This document shows, one piece after another, positions 17,301-26,549 of a stretch of DNA of 64,000 nucleotides. Positions within the stretch are counted from its first letter, which is position 1, and each line of letters begins with the position of its first letter. The position numbers and the translations under genes are program-made. The DNA is taken from NCBI GenBank assembly GCA_040756355.1, contig JBFLZK010000020.1:73379-137378 (forward strand), read 5' to 3'. This stretch comes from Pseudomonadota bacterium. GTDB taxonomy: Bacteria; Pseudomonadota; Gammaproteobacteria; Halothiobacillales; Halothiobacillaceae. The notes under the pieces are model-generated. The model had not been told where the DNA came from. It was given only the letters and a program-made list of their open reading frames with translations, and searched no databases.

Positions 17301-18468
17301 ACTCGTTGGCCTTGCCCCAGTGGCGGGCCAGTTCACGTACCAGTTGCACGCCGCCGAACAGACGATGATCCATATCCAGCCAAAGTTGCTTCTGGATATG
17401 GCGTGCACGGGCCATGAAGTCGGCATCTTTTGGCGCATCGATGGCGACCATCACCAGATTGGTGAAGTCGCCCATGATGTCGTTGACCTGCTCATGGAGC
17501 GGCAGGCGGTTGAATAGGGTCAGATTGACGGTGAAAGTTTCGTTCTTGCTCCAGGTCGCGAGCACATCGGTATAGGCGGTCAGTAGAGCGACGGATGGCG
17601 TAACGCCAGCTTTGGCTGCGCGGGCCTTGAAGGCGGCCCAGTCCGCCGCAGGCAGGCGGCTGGCATGGCGGATGAAGCGTGGTACGCCAATGCTCTTGGG
17701 GTCGCGGGCCAGGGGCAGCTCCGGGGGGGGAGGGAAGTCCTTGATGCGCTCCATCCAGTAGGCTTTGGCTTCATTCCATTCGGCGTTTCCTTTCAGACTC
17801 TCAAGTCCGAGGACGTAGTCGCGAAAGCTGAAGTCCAGGGCGGGCAGGTCGACCTCCGGATTGAGGTAGCGCTGCTCCAGTTCCCAGTTGAGAATGTCAT
17901 AGCTCCAGGCGTCGAAAATGAGGACGTCGAGACCGATGTGGAGACGGGTACGTCCGTCCGGGAACAGAGTGGCAGCCATTTCATAGAGCGGCCACCGATC
18001 CGAAGGAATGACACGGTGCGACATTTCGTCGCGGACCCTGAGCGCTTCGCGCTCCGCATCCTCGGCACTCAGGTGGCGCAGATCAAGCAGCGGAATTTCG
18101 AACTCCGGTACGCTCTCAAGAATTTTCTGCTTGCCGTTCCACTCGACGATCGCGCGCAACATGGGGTGGCGCGCGATGGTGCCCTGCCAAGCCTGTTTCA
18201 GGCGTGCAAGGTCGATGTTCCAGCCGTCGATTTCGGTATAGCCGTGGGCGGAAACGTTGCCCAGCTCGAACGAGCCTTGACGACCGATCCAATAGGCTTC
18301 CTGCACATCGGTCAGCGGGAAGGGCTGATGCAGGTTGGCCGGATCGGGGGTTGCCTCGGGAAGCTTGCCGTCGGTGGCATGGGCTTCCGCGCCTTTTTGC
18401 TGTTGCAGGCGTTTGAGCAGAAGTTCGCGTTGTTCCGGCGAAAGTTTGGCAAGTTTCTCGGCAAGCAC
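14308..18468 (-). CDS. NRPS2: heterocyclization(Cy)-A(Cys) with embedded oxidase-T; thiazole-forming, EpoB-like
   Basis: FPLTDVQEAYWIGR, Cy motif DVLIFDAWS, TQTPQVWLD; A code read as DLYNMSLIWK (Cys); RRTDRRF and YGSAGNLYP oxidase motifs between A8 and A9; T IGGNSV. Start taken at GTG 18468 (track gives 18540, which overlaps NRPS1). Confidence 0.93.
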   Translation of the reverse strand: MLAEKLAKLSPEQRELLLKRLQQQKGAEAHATDGKLPEATPDPANLHQPFPLTDVQEAYWIGRQGSFELGNVSAHGYTEIDGWNIDLARLKQAWQGTIARHPMLRAIVEWNGKQKILESVPEFEIPLLDLRHLSAEDAEREALRVRDEMSHRVIPSDRWPLYEMAATLFPDGRTRLHIGLDVLIFDAWSYDILNWELEQRYLNPEVDLPALDFSFRDYVLGLESLKGNAEWNEAKAYWMERIKDFPPPPELPLARDPKSIGVPRFIRHASRLPAADWAAFKARAAKAGVTPSVALLTAYTDVLATWSKNETFTVNLTLFNRLPLHEQVNDIMGDFTNLVMVAIDAPKDADFMARARHIQKQLWLDMDHRLFGGVQLVRELARHWGKANESVMPVVFTSAVGHAMPESKGAHFTWLGKEVFTITQTPQVWLDHQVFEDGDELVFDWDAVEGLFPEGMLEIMFEGFRRQLVDLATGDEAWREIRRDYLPESMLAYRPVLGPEVDIGQHRLLHTPFIEQALAHPERTALIAAGRHFSYGEIYRRSRHIAQALRDHGLQPGELVAVVSPKDWIQTVAVMAILQAGGAYLPVDPALPEDRRNYIFDKARARFALTKAPLIDALEWPQGVTALAVDGGEFEGIDAEPIQPLRAVEDLAYVIFTSGSTGQPKGVMIDHRGALNTIQDINRRFALGPEDRVFAISALSFDLSVYDIFGALAAGAAIVLPEVDGLRDPSYWARMTAEHKVSLWNSVPALMEMLVTYLEGQHDHLPDSLRVVMMSGDWIPVTLPNRIKAIARPDIRVNSLGGATEGSIWSIIYPIEQVDPAWTSIPYGKGMTNQAIQVLDRSLRQRPDWVAGDLYISGIGVAKGYLGDEERTNAAFFTHPKTGEALYRTGDLGRYLPDGNIEFLGREDFQVKIQGYRIELGEIETVLAKHPAVHGAVVNPHGNERGNRRLIAYIVPRHEDSVRPLDGFPLLTDGAERFQFRMSQIALRRFDPLNSGIIELPALTPEQMRQLDARRTDRRFRDETLSFSAFADLLAWLASKPRGNSLPKFSYGSAGNLYPVRAYVYVAEGRVENIPSGIYYYNPAERRLYPVNMDARISDRAHAPANRPGFNESAFSIFLVGKIGAIAPLYGQYSRHFCTIEVGLMSQALEAAAPAHGLGLCQIGVMDFESIAPMFHLEEDEVYLHSLYGGIPAQDDDGITPDYRDDDEEDEALMDSLREYLKAHLPDYMVPSTYITMDTLPLTSNGKVDRKALPTPEEHESKHSHQEFVAPRGDLEEVIAGIWREVLGREQVSIHDNFFDIGGNSVHMVQIHSRLQDIVQKPVALVDMFFRYPTIANLVDFLDEGKDSADDGSHHEMTEEERGKRLDHRRKSMQDQRRARLAKRQQ

Positions 18469-18487
18469 GTTCTGATTCTCGGGAAGG

Positions 18488-21400
18488 TTAAGCGGTGAGC
18501 AGGGCCTGGATTTCCTCGTCGGACAGTCCGTCCAGTTCATCGAGGATGTCGGTCAATAAGGTCTCGTCGATGCTGGCCGCCTGGGCGAGCAGGATCAGTT
18601 CGGCTTGCCGGGCGATCGTCGGCGCCTTGATGAGATCGCTCAGGCGCAGCTTGTGGCCAGTTTGCTCATGGATGCGAAGCATCAACTGAGTGGCCAGCAA
18701 CGAGTGACCGCCAAGAGCGAAGAAATCATCGCCACGCCCGACTCGGGGGATGCCGAGTACGCTGGACCAGAGCGCAGCCAGTTTTTCTTCAAGCTCGCCT
18801 TGCGGCGGGGTGTAGCTGTCGCCGGGCGCGAGGGCGGCGCGGGGGATGGGCAGCGCTTTGCGATCGATCTTGCCGTTGGGGGTCAGCGGGAAGATGTCTA
18901 GCTCGATAAAGAATCCCGGGACCATATAGTTGGGCAGGTGATCCTGAACGTGCTTGCGTAGAGTTTCCGTGCAGATCGCATGATCGGCATGTGGAACCAG
19001 ATAGGCGACCAGGCGTTGGTCGCCCGGTGTATCCTCACGCACCATCACAAGCGCTTCGGCGATACTCGGGTGGTGTTCCAGTACGTTCTGGATTTCGCCA
19101 AGCTCGATGCGGAACCCCCTCAGCTTGACCTGATGATCCCGGCGCCCGATGAAATCGATGCGTCCATCGGGCAGGTAGCGGGCCAGATCGCCTGTGCGGT
19201 ACATGCGCGCCGCCGGATCGTTGGAGAACGGGTCGCGCAGATAGCGCTCCTCGGTCAGTTCAGGTCGCTTGAGGTAACCACGCGACACGCCAGCGCCTGC
19301 TAGATAGAGCTCCCCCGTAACGCCGATGGGTACGGGCTGGAGTCGATCATCGAGAATGTAGGCTTGGGTGTTGGCGATCGGGCGCCCAATGGTGACCGCC
19401 TCCATCGTGCCCGAGGGGACCAGCTCCCAGGTGGAGTAGGTGGTGTCCTCGGACGGGCCGTAGAGGTTGTAGACCTTGCGCACGGTGGGGAGCGCATAGA
19501 GTTGATCAACCAGTTTGCGGCGCAGCGGCTCGCCTGCGAGGTTGATGACGCCCGCGCTGGTGGGGATGGCGTTCTGGCGCAAAAGCTCAGTGATGGCGGA
19601 CGGAACAGTGTTGATCAGGGTTATTTCATCACGCGCCGTCAACTCGGGGAGCTGAAGTGCGTTTTCGGCCAGAATCACGCTGCCGCCGACGCTGAGGGTC
19701 GCAAAGATCTCGAACACCGAAAGATCGAAGCAGATCGAAGTGGATGCCATCACGCCGGCCATTTCGTTGGCGCCGAAGGTATCCTTGACCCAGTGGATAA
19801 AAGCCGAGGTATTGCGGTGTTCGATGGCAACGCCTTTCGGACGCCCGGTCGATCCCGAGGTATAGATTACGTAGGCAAGATTTTCCGGCGTGACACCGCT
19901 GTCAGGGGCAGTGGAGGCTGGCCCCTCCCATGTGGCGGCGTCCCGGTCCACAACCAGTGCTTCCGCCGGGCTGGCGGGAATGTGATCGAAGAGGGATTGC
20001 TCGGTAACCAGCACCTGGCAGTCAGCGTCTTCAAGGATGAACTGGATGCGATCTTCGGGATATTCCGGGTCCAGTGGAACGTAGGCTCCGCCAGCCTTGA
20101 GAATGCCAAGCAGGCTGATGATCAGATGCGGGGTGCGTTGAAGCCATACGCCGACCAGACATTCCGGGCCGATACCGAGTGTCCGCAGACGGTGCGCAAG
20201 GCGGTTGGCGCGCTCGTCCAGCTCGCGGTAGCTGATGCGCTCGTCGCCATGAATCAGAGCTGTGGCATCGGGTGTTTTGCCGACCTGTTCGGACACCATC
20301 TCATGCACGCACCGAGTAGGATAGGCGTGTGAATTCCGGTTCCACCCTTCGGTCACCAGGCGCTGTTCGTGCGGTGTGACCCAAGCCAGTTCGGCGACGG
20401 GGGTGTCTGCACTTTCGCACATGGCGTCCAGGATGTGCAGAAGATGCCCGACCAGTCGTTCAATCGTGTCCTCGTCGAAGCGGGCGTTTTCATAGATCGT
20501 CTTGAAGCAAAGATCTTGCCCCGGGAATGCGATCAGGGTCAGCGGGAAGTTGGTTTCTTCCTTCAGCCGCGCATGCCGGATGCCCCAGGCACTGGAGATG
20601 GCGTGATCCACGATGTAGTGGCCGCTTTCGCTGCCCAGCGGGGCATCGCCCTGCTCATCAAGCGGATAGTTTTCAAAGATGAGCACGCTTTCGAACAGAG
20701 GCTGGTCGCCGGGCGTCGAGCTCCAGCGCTGGATCTTGCTCAGCGATGCGTTTTCATGGCGGCGCAGCAGGCTTTGACGCTGTTGGATGTCTTGCAGCCA
20801 GTCGCCGAGAGATTGGTCGTTTTCAATATCAAGACGCAGAGGCAGCGTGTTGATGAACATGCCGATCATTTCATCACTGCCCGCAAGCTCGACAGGACGT
20901 CCGGCGACTGTCACGCCGAACACGACCTTGTCCTGACCGCTGTAACGCGAGAGCAACAGCCCCCAAGCCGCGACAAGAAGGGTATTGGGAGTGACGCGGT
21001 GGTGGCGGGCCAAGGCCTCCAGAGCCTGTGTGCGAGATGCGCCAAATCGCACTTCACGCTCCGAGCGTCCAGTTGCTGCATGACGGCGGTCCACGCCTAG
21101 GGGGGTGGGGGCATCAATGTCCGCCAGCTGGGCGCGCCAGTAACCCTCTCCCTGGTTTTCATCCTGCCGCTCCAGCCAATGGATGAAATCAGCGAAAGGG
21201 CGACGCGTGGCATGGCGGGCGACTCGTCCCTCGACAAGTGCCCGATAGTCCTCAAAGACTTCGCGCAAGACAATGGCGAGTGACCAGCCATCCGCCAGCA
21301 AGTGGTGCCAGGTCCAGAAAAAGCCCGTACGCTCATGCGGGAGACGCACCAGACCAAAACGCATCAGGGGCGCTTGATGCAGATCGAAGGCGGTGTTGGC

Positions 21401-24307
21401 GTCGCTGCGTGCCAAAGCTTCGAAGCGTGCATCCGCGTCATCCGTCTCACTCAGGTCCAGAAGTTGCCAGACAAGCGGTGTCGGCCGGTTGCACTGGATC
21501 GGGCGGGTGAGCCCCTCCCACAAGAAGTGGCTGTGCAGGGCAGGGTGGCGATCGACAGTGCTTTGCCAGGCATGCTGAAATGCGTCGATATCGAGCGCAC
21601 GGTCGAATTCGCACTGGAACTGCTCGACGTAAACGGCGCCGTCCTCCTCCGCCATGCAATGAAAGAGCATGCCTTGCTGGGTGAATGAAAGCGGATGGGC
21701 CGAGCAAGCGCCTGACTTGCGCATGGCTTCTTGTTCGGCATCGCTCAAGGCAATGGCCGCGTCAGCCGTTTCAAGTGGGACGGTGGTGGCGTCCGATCCT
21801 TCAGGCAAGTGAGCCATGGCCTCGGCCATCGCGGCGATGCTTGGGTGTTCAAAGACAAGGTGTTGCGGTAGCTGGATTCCATCCTGACGAGCCCGTATGG
21901 CAACTCGGACAGCCTTGATGGAATCGCCGCCGAGCGCGAAGAAGTTGTCCTCGATACCGATGGGGGCAACCTTGAGGATGCCCTGCCAAATCTCAGTCAA
22001 TCGAGTCTCGGTCGCATTCCGTGGAGCGACATACGGCGTATCCAGGGCGGAGCGCCCATATTCGGGCGCGGGCAAGGCCTTGCGGTCAATCTTGCCGTTG
22101 TTAGTCAGCGGGAAGGCCCGAATGAAAACGAAGGCTGAGGGGGCCATGAAAGCGGGCAGGTGTTCATTAAGATAGGCCCGCAGAGCTTCGATAGAGAGCG
22201 GTTTGCCATCCGGCGTGACCAGATAGGCGACCAGATGCTTGCCATCCTCCTCCTCGCGCGCCACGACTAAGGCTTCCTCAATGCCCGAATGCTGTGTCAG
22301 CACGGATTCGATCTCGCCCAGCTCGATGCGGAAGCCTCGAATCTTGACTTGATGATCGATACGCCCCAGGTAGTCGATACGACCATCCGGGAGGAAGCGC
22401 GCCAGATCGCCGGTGCGATACAGGCGTTCTCCTTCACGGAAGGGGTTGGTGAGGAAATGCCGGGCATTCAGTTCGGGGCGATTGAGATAGCCGCGGGCAA
22501 CACCAGCACCTCCGACATAAAGCTCGCCCGGAATGCCAATGGGGCTGGGGTGTCCCCATGGGTCGAGAATATAGACAGAAAGGTCCGGAATTGGACGCCC
22601 GATCACACTGACTTCACGCCCATGAAGCATGTCCGGCAGGACAGGTTGGTACGTGACATGCACGGTGGTTTCAGTAATGCCGTACATATTGACGAGACGT
22701 GGAGCATGCGCCTCATGTCGCTCGAACCATGGCGCAAGCATGGGGAAATTCAATGCCTCACCACCGAAAATGACGAGACGCAGACTTTCGACGCGAGGCT
22801 CCGCCTGCTCATCCACACGCATGAGCTGGGCGAAAGCGGAGGGGGTCTGGTTCAGAACCGTGACACGCTCACGGACGATCAGGCTGTAAAACTCCTCCGG
22901 AGAACGAGAAGTGGAATAGGGGACAATGACCAAGCGTCCGCCATAGGTCAGTGCACCCCATATTTCCCATACGGAAAAATCGAATGCAAAAGAGTGGAAG
23001 AAAGTCCACGCATCGCATGCACTGAATCCGAACCACGATTCGGTGCTGTCGAACAGGCGGCATACTTGGCGATGCTCGACCATGACGCCCTTGGGTTGGC
23101 CTGTTGATCCTGAGGTATAAATGACATAGGCAAGATCATCGCCGCGAGTCTGAACATCTAGCGAAGTGGCGTCTAAATCATCAAACGCGCCAAGGCCATC
23201 GATATTCAGCCTTGGAACATTCGCATTGGCGAATTCAAGGGAAATCACGGATTCGCTCAAGACGAGAGGGCAATCCGCATCGGACACGATGAATTCGAGG
23301 CGTTCGAGTGGATAGGCAGGATCAAGCGGAACGTAGGCGGCGCCAGCCTTCAGAACGCCTAGCAAGGCCACGATCAGGTCCGGTCCGCGGTGCATGCATA
23401 CACCAATTCGATCCCCGCGTCGGATGCCACGTGAGACAAGCAGGCGAGCCACCCGATTGGCTTGTGCGTCAAGCTCTCCGTAACTCAGAGTCTGATTATG
23501 AAAACTCAGCGCAAGAGCGCCAGGATCACGACTAACGTGACTTTCGAAGCGCGCCTGGATGGTGGGCATATCGGACGCCTGCGTCGGCGAAGACGGTGCG
23601 GGAGGATTCCAGCCATCGAGAAGAAGTCGCCGCTCTTCAGGGGGTGTTAATTCTGTTTCGGAGAGAAGAAGAGAAGGGGCCTGCATCACCTGTACGAGTA
23701 CATGCCTGAAGTGGTCAAGCATGCGCTTGAGAGCCTGTTTTGAATAACGCCCATCTTGAATTATTTCGAGCTCGATCGAATCTTCCAAAAAATTCGCGAC
23801 GAGGAGAATTGGGAGTTCCTGAATAAAAGTCGATTTTGGAGGCGATTTGCTCCAGTCAAAAATGATTCCATTCGAGAAAAGATCTTGCCCTGATGATATT
23901 CCAGACCACTCATGAAGTTCCGCACTTGAACAGCTTGTGAAGCCGCTTGAAATATGAATGCGCTCGGATACATGGCTCTGAAAAGATGACCAACTCAGGT
24001 TCTCATCAATTCGAACGGCGAGAGGGATTGAATCATGTCCATAAGATGAAAGCACGGCATCCATCCTGCTGTAGCGGGATAAGATGAAAAGCCATATTGA
24101 GACCAGAGTAATGGCATCGATCCCCGGGAATAGAGGGGTTGAAGACCTGATGTCGTCACCATGATCGCTTTCAAGGGCATCATTACCCCTCGAAATATTC
24201 AGGTCGCACGGCAACTCAATGCCTGATATATGGTTTATCCATGAATTCTTGATAAATTCTTGGGGTGATTTATCGTGCGGTGAGCTCTGAAAATGGATCG
24301 TTGCCAT
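18488..24307 (-). CDS. NRPS1: degenerate C fragment-A(Thr)-T-C-A(Ala)-T
   Basis: A1 code DFWNIGMVHK (canonical Thr); T LGGDSI; C WHHLLADGWS; A2 code DLFNNALTYK (canonical Ala); T LGGHSL. Confidence 0.94.
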   Translation of the reverse strand: MATIHFQSSPHDKSPQEFIKNSWINHISGIELPCDLNISRGNDALESDHGDDIRSSTPLFPGIDAITLVSIWLFILSRYSRMDAVLSSYGHDSIPLAVRIDENLSWSSFQSHVSERIHISSGFTSCSSAELHEWSGISSGQDLFSNGIIFDWSKSPPKSTFIQELPILLVANFLEDSIELEIIQDGRYSKQALKRMLDHFRHVLVQVMQAPSLLLSETELTPPEERRLLLDGWNPPAPSSPTQASDMPTIQARFESHVSRDPGALALSFHNQTLSYGELDAQANRVARLLVSRGIRRGDRIGVCMHRGPDLIVALLGVLKAGAAYVPLDPAYPLERLEFIVSDADCPLVLSESVISLEFANANVPRLNIDGLGAFDDLDATSLDVQTRGDDLAYVIYTSGSTGQPKGVMVEHRQVCRLFDSTESWFGFSACDAWTFFHSFAFDFSVWEIWGALTYGGRLVIVPYSTSRSPEEFYSLIVRERVTVLNQTPSAFAQLMRVDEQAEPRVESLRLVIFGGEALNFPMLAPWFERHEAHAPRLVNMYGITETTVHVTYQPVLPDMLHGREVSVIGRPIPDLSVYILDPWGHPSPIGIPGELYVGGAGVARGYLNRPELNARHFLTNPFREGERLYRTGDLARFLPDGRIDYLGRIDHQVKIRGFRIELGEIESVLTQHSGIEEALVVAREEEDGKHLVAYLVTPDGKPLSIEALRAYLNEHLPAFMAPSAFVFIRAFPLTNNGKIDRKALPAPEYGRSALDTPYVAPRNATETRLTEIWQGILKVAPIGIEDNFFALGGDSIKAVRVAIRARQDGIQLPQHLVFEHPSIAAMAEAMAHLPEGSDATTVPLETADAAIALSDAEQEAMRKSGACSAHPLSFTQQGMLFHCMAEEDGAVYVEQFQCEFDRALDIDAFQHAWQSTVDRHPALHSHFLWEGLTRPIQCNRPTPLVWQLLDLSETDDADARFEALARSDANTAFDLHQAPLMRFGLVRLPHERTGFFWTWHHLLADGWSLAIVLREVFEDYRALVEGRVARHATRRPFADFIHWLERQDENQGEGYWRAQLADIDAPTPLGVDRRHAATGRSEREVRFGASRTQALEALARHHRVTPNTLLVAAWGLLLSRYSGQDKVVFGVTVAGRPVELAGSDEMIGMFINTLPLRLDIENDQSLGDWLQDIQQRQSLLRRHENASLSKIQRWSSTPGDQPLFESVLIFENYPLDEQGDAPLGSESGHYIVDHAISSAWGIRHARLKEETNFPLTLIAFPGQDLCFKTIYENARFDEDTIERLVGHLLHILDAMCESADTPVAELAWVTPHEQRLVTEGWNRNSHAYPTRCVHEMVSEQVGKTPDATALIHGDERISYRELDERANRLAHRLRTLGIGPECLVGVWLQRTPHLIISLLGILKAGGAYVPLDPEYPEDRIQFILEDADCQVLVTEQSLFDHIPASPAEALVVDRDAATWEGPASTAPDSGVTPENLAYVIYTSGSTGRPKGVAIEHRNTSAFIHWVKDTFGANEMAGVMASTSICFDLSVFEIFATLSVGGSVILAENALQLPELTARDEITLINTVPSAITELLRQNAIPTSAGVINLAGEPLRRKLVDQLYALPTVRKVYNLYGPSEDTTYSTWELVPSGTMEAVTIGRPIANTQAYILDDRLQPVPIGVTGELYLAGAGVSRGYLKRPELTEERYLRDPFSNDPAARMYRTGDLARYLPDGRIDFIGRRDHQVKLRGFRIELGEIQNVLEHHPSIAEALVMVREDTPGDQRLVAYLVPHADHAICTETLRKHVQDHLPNYMVPGFFIELDIFPLTPNGKIDRKALPIPRAALAPGDSYTPPQGELEEKLAALWSSVLGIPRVGRGDDFFALGGHSLLATQLMLRIHEQTGHKLRLSDLIKAPTIARQAELILLAQAASIDETLLTDILDELDGLSDEEIQALLTA

Positions 24308-24415
24308 TTTTATGATCTCGAAATTAATGGTTTTTGATTATCCTGAGATCATCCATAAAAAATTGCTCAAAACCCTTATTTAGCGAAGATATTGGAAAAT
24401 ATTTTCAATATCACG

Positions 24416-25747
24416 CTAGTGGTATGCCTCAAAGCCAACATAAAGCTGGCTCTTGATGAAGTACTTGAACTCCCCATTCTTTGGTCCGAGCGATTTCGAG
24501 CCAAGAACAAAAAGCTTCATATCATCTCTAACATACCAGTCAAGGATGCCAATAATCTGGCTGCTTCCATCGTCTATGCCAAGAGCGTATCGGAGGTTTA
24601 TGTCAACTTGATTGATGATGTTGTTATGGATATATGAAAAGAACAGATAGTTCTGACGTAGATGTTGCAGACCGGGGGAGGTTGAGCGGGCAACAAGGTA
24701 GGAGGCAAGATCGGCATTCGCGTTACCGCCGAGGATATAGCCCTGAAGACTTTGATTGAGGAGAGTCAACTGGTTGAATTCATCGCTGGAGTAGCCTTCT
24801 GCGTAGTGCGCATACTCCAGGTTGATCGTTCCCCCGCCCAGCAGTGTATAGGATGCTCCGGTCAGCCAGTTTGTATACAGTTTCGAAGATTTTTGTTGGC
24901 CGCACTCAAACGTCAACTCAATCGGACTTGATGCGTCATCATGAATATAACAACCGGTCCGTCCACTGCCCGTGGATAGCTCTCCGTAGAGGATGACTGC
25001 TTCGTTCGCCGTCCATTGGCCATACAATCCTAGTCTTGGGTTGTTTTCAACTCTTTTGGAAAGAATGCCGCCAAGACTGAAATCAACCCCTGAATATTCG
25101 GTCTGTAGAGCGTATGTTTGCTTGAATCCATCCGGTCGTGCTTCCGCCTCGCCACGGGAAACGTTTGCAATCAACGAATAACTCAGGTTGTAGCTTGGGA
25201 GATGCGCGATTCTCAGGAAATCCGTTCCGCCAAGCTCCTGGTATGGGTTGTTCCTTCCATTGTCAAGCAGGAAAGGATTGCTCAGGTTCATGAAAAGCGA
25301 TGGGCCCCATTGACGAACCTCACGTCCGTACCCGATAACAACGCTTGGATCGGGTTTTATATCAAGAGACCATTCGTTGATGAAGAGACGATCCTGTCTT
25401 TTGGAGGATGACCCATTGAAACCCTCTTCAAGCCATAGTGTTTGATGGCGATACCGGGGTTTCATAGTCAGCGAAAATATTTCTCGCTTTAACTCAAAGT
25501 CAGCCTTTATTTGAGCTTCGAGAGCGCTTTTTTCAATGCCAAGAAGATCATTATTTATATTGATTGAGCTGTCGTAATTCGGCTGGGTTTGAGTTGCCAT
25601 TCCTAGTACGACAAACCTGTGCTTCAGGTTTTCGTCAAGCCATTTTCCGATGGAGTCTCCTGCCATCACTTTCTCGTTTTCGGCCAGAGCCTGACCTGTC
25701 AGGCTCAGTGCGAGCGCTGCGCATGTGAGTGGGCGCATCATGGACAT
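24416..25747 (-). CDS. Exported protein, putative outer-membrane beta-barrel of the transport cassette
   Basis: Signal peptide (ALALSLTGQALA-E), alternating aromatic/Gly beta-strand pattern, C-terminal LYVGFEAYH; directly follows the LolA-like gene. Confidence 0.6.
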   Translation of the reverse strand: MSMMRPLTCAALALSLTGQALAENEKVMAGDSIGKWLDENLKHRFVVLGMATQTQPNYDSSININNDLLGIEKSALEAQIKADFELKREIFSLTMKPRYRHQTLWLEEGFNGSSSKRQDRLFINEWSLDIKPDPSVVIGYGREVRQWGPSLFMNLSNPFLLDNGRNNPYQELGGTDFLRIAHLPSYNLSYSLIANVSRGEAEARPDGFKQTYALQTEYSGVDFSLGGILSKRVENNPRLGLYGQWTANEAVILYGELSTGSGRTGCYIHDDASSPIELTFECGQQKSSKLYTNWLTGASYTLLGGGTINLEYAHYAEGYSSDEFNQLTLLNQSLQGYILGGNANADLASYLVARSTSPGLQHLRQNYLFFSYIHNNIINQVDINLRYALGIDDGSSQIIGILDWYVRDDMKLFVLGSKSLGPKNGEFKYFIKSQLYVGFEAYH

Positions 25748-25766
25748 GATGAATGGCCTCTTGGTC

Positions 25767-26543
25767 TCAGCGTAGCAGGCTGTTCAGATCGAAGGTTGAC
25801 GGGCTTATTTCCTTGCTTTCGCCCTGGGCATAATGAATCACAGTTTTTTTGTCGGCATTGATGCCGTCGGTGATGATCATTTTGCTGATGAACGGACGCT
25901 TTGATTGTTTGAATTCGATCTTGTTTTCGTATTCAAAGTCAGCGGATTTGAAAAGCTTTCCCGATACGGCAAAGAAGTCGGCTTTCACCCCCTTGGATGA
26001 GGCGCTTGAAATCCAGTATTCAATCTTGTCGTAAGTGGCATCGCTAGTCTTGGATTTCAGTTCGAGAACATGGCACTTTTCACCCTTGTAGACATCGCTC
26101 CTTATAAATGTTGCGCCATAGTCCGATGCATAATCCGTGGATGCAATGTCTCCATTGGAAGCGTCACCCATCAAACGTTGCCGGGGGGATATGGGTACGG
26201 GCTTGCGCAGGTCGGGTGAAATGAACCACATGTTTCGGCCTTGCATGAGAATTTTACGCCCCTTGAGTTTTGCGGGAGCGGTAAATTCAATCAGGCTGTT
26301 TCCGGACGAAGCATTAACATCCATTTCCTGCGCATCGATTTCGTCTCCATTGAAGGATTCGATGCGCACTTTCATGCTGATGCCCGGCATGCCCGCGCCG
26401 CGGAAAGCCTCAGCTTCGAACAGTATCCTATCGGCATCCACCCGGTCGCCGGTGACAGTCGCGCCTTTTTCCTCGGCATGGACGGCTGTTGCGAGTAGGG
26501 CGATCAGAAGGGCCGATTTCAATTTATTTAGCATTTTTTTCAC
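25767..26543 (-). CDS. LolA-like outer-membrane lipoprotein-sorting family protein
   Basis: Signal peptide; KGRKILMQGRNMWFISPDLRKPVPISPRQRLMGDASNGDIA motif; context next to ABC permease. Confidence 0.8.
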   Translation of the reverse strand: MKKMLNKLKSALLIALLATAVHAEEKGATVTGDRVDADRILFEAEAFRGAGMPGISMKVRIESFNGDEIDAQEMDVNASSGNSLIEFTAPAKLKGRKILMQGRNMWFISPDLRKPVPISPRQRLMGDASNGDIASTDYASDYGATFIRSDVYKGEKCHVLELKSKTSDATYDKIEYWISSASSKGVKADFFAVSGKLFKSADFEYENKIEFKQSKRPFISKMIITDGINADKKTVIHYAQGESKEISPSTFDLNSLLR

Positions 26544-26549
26544 CCTTGC

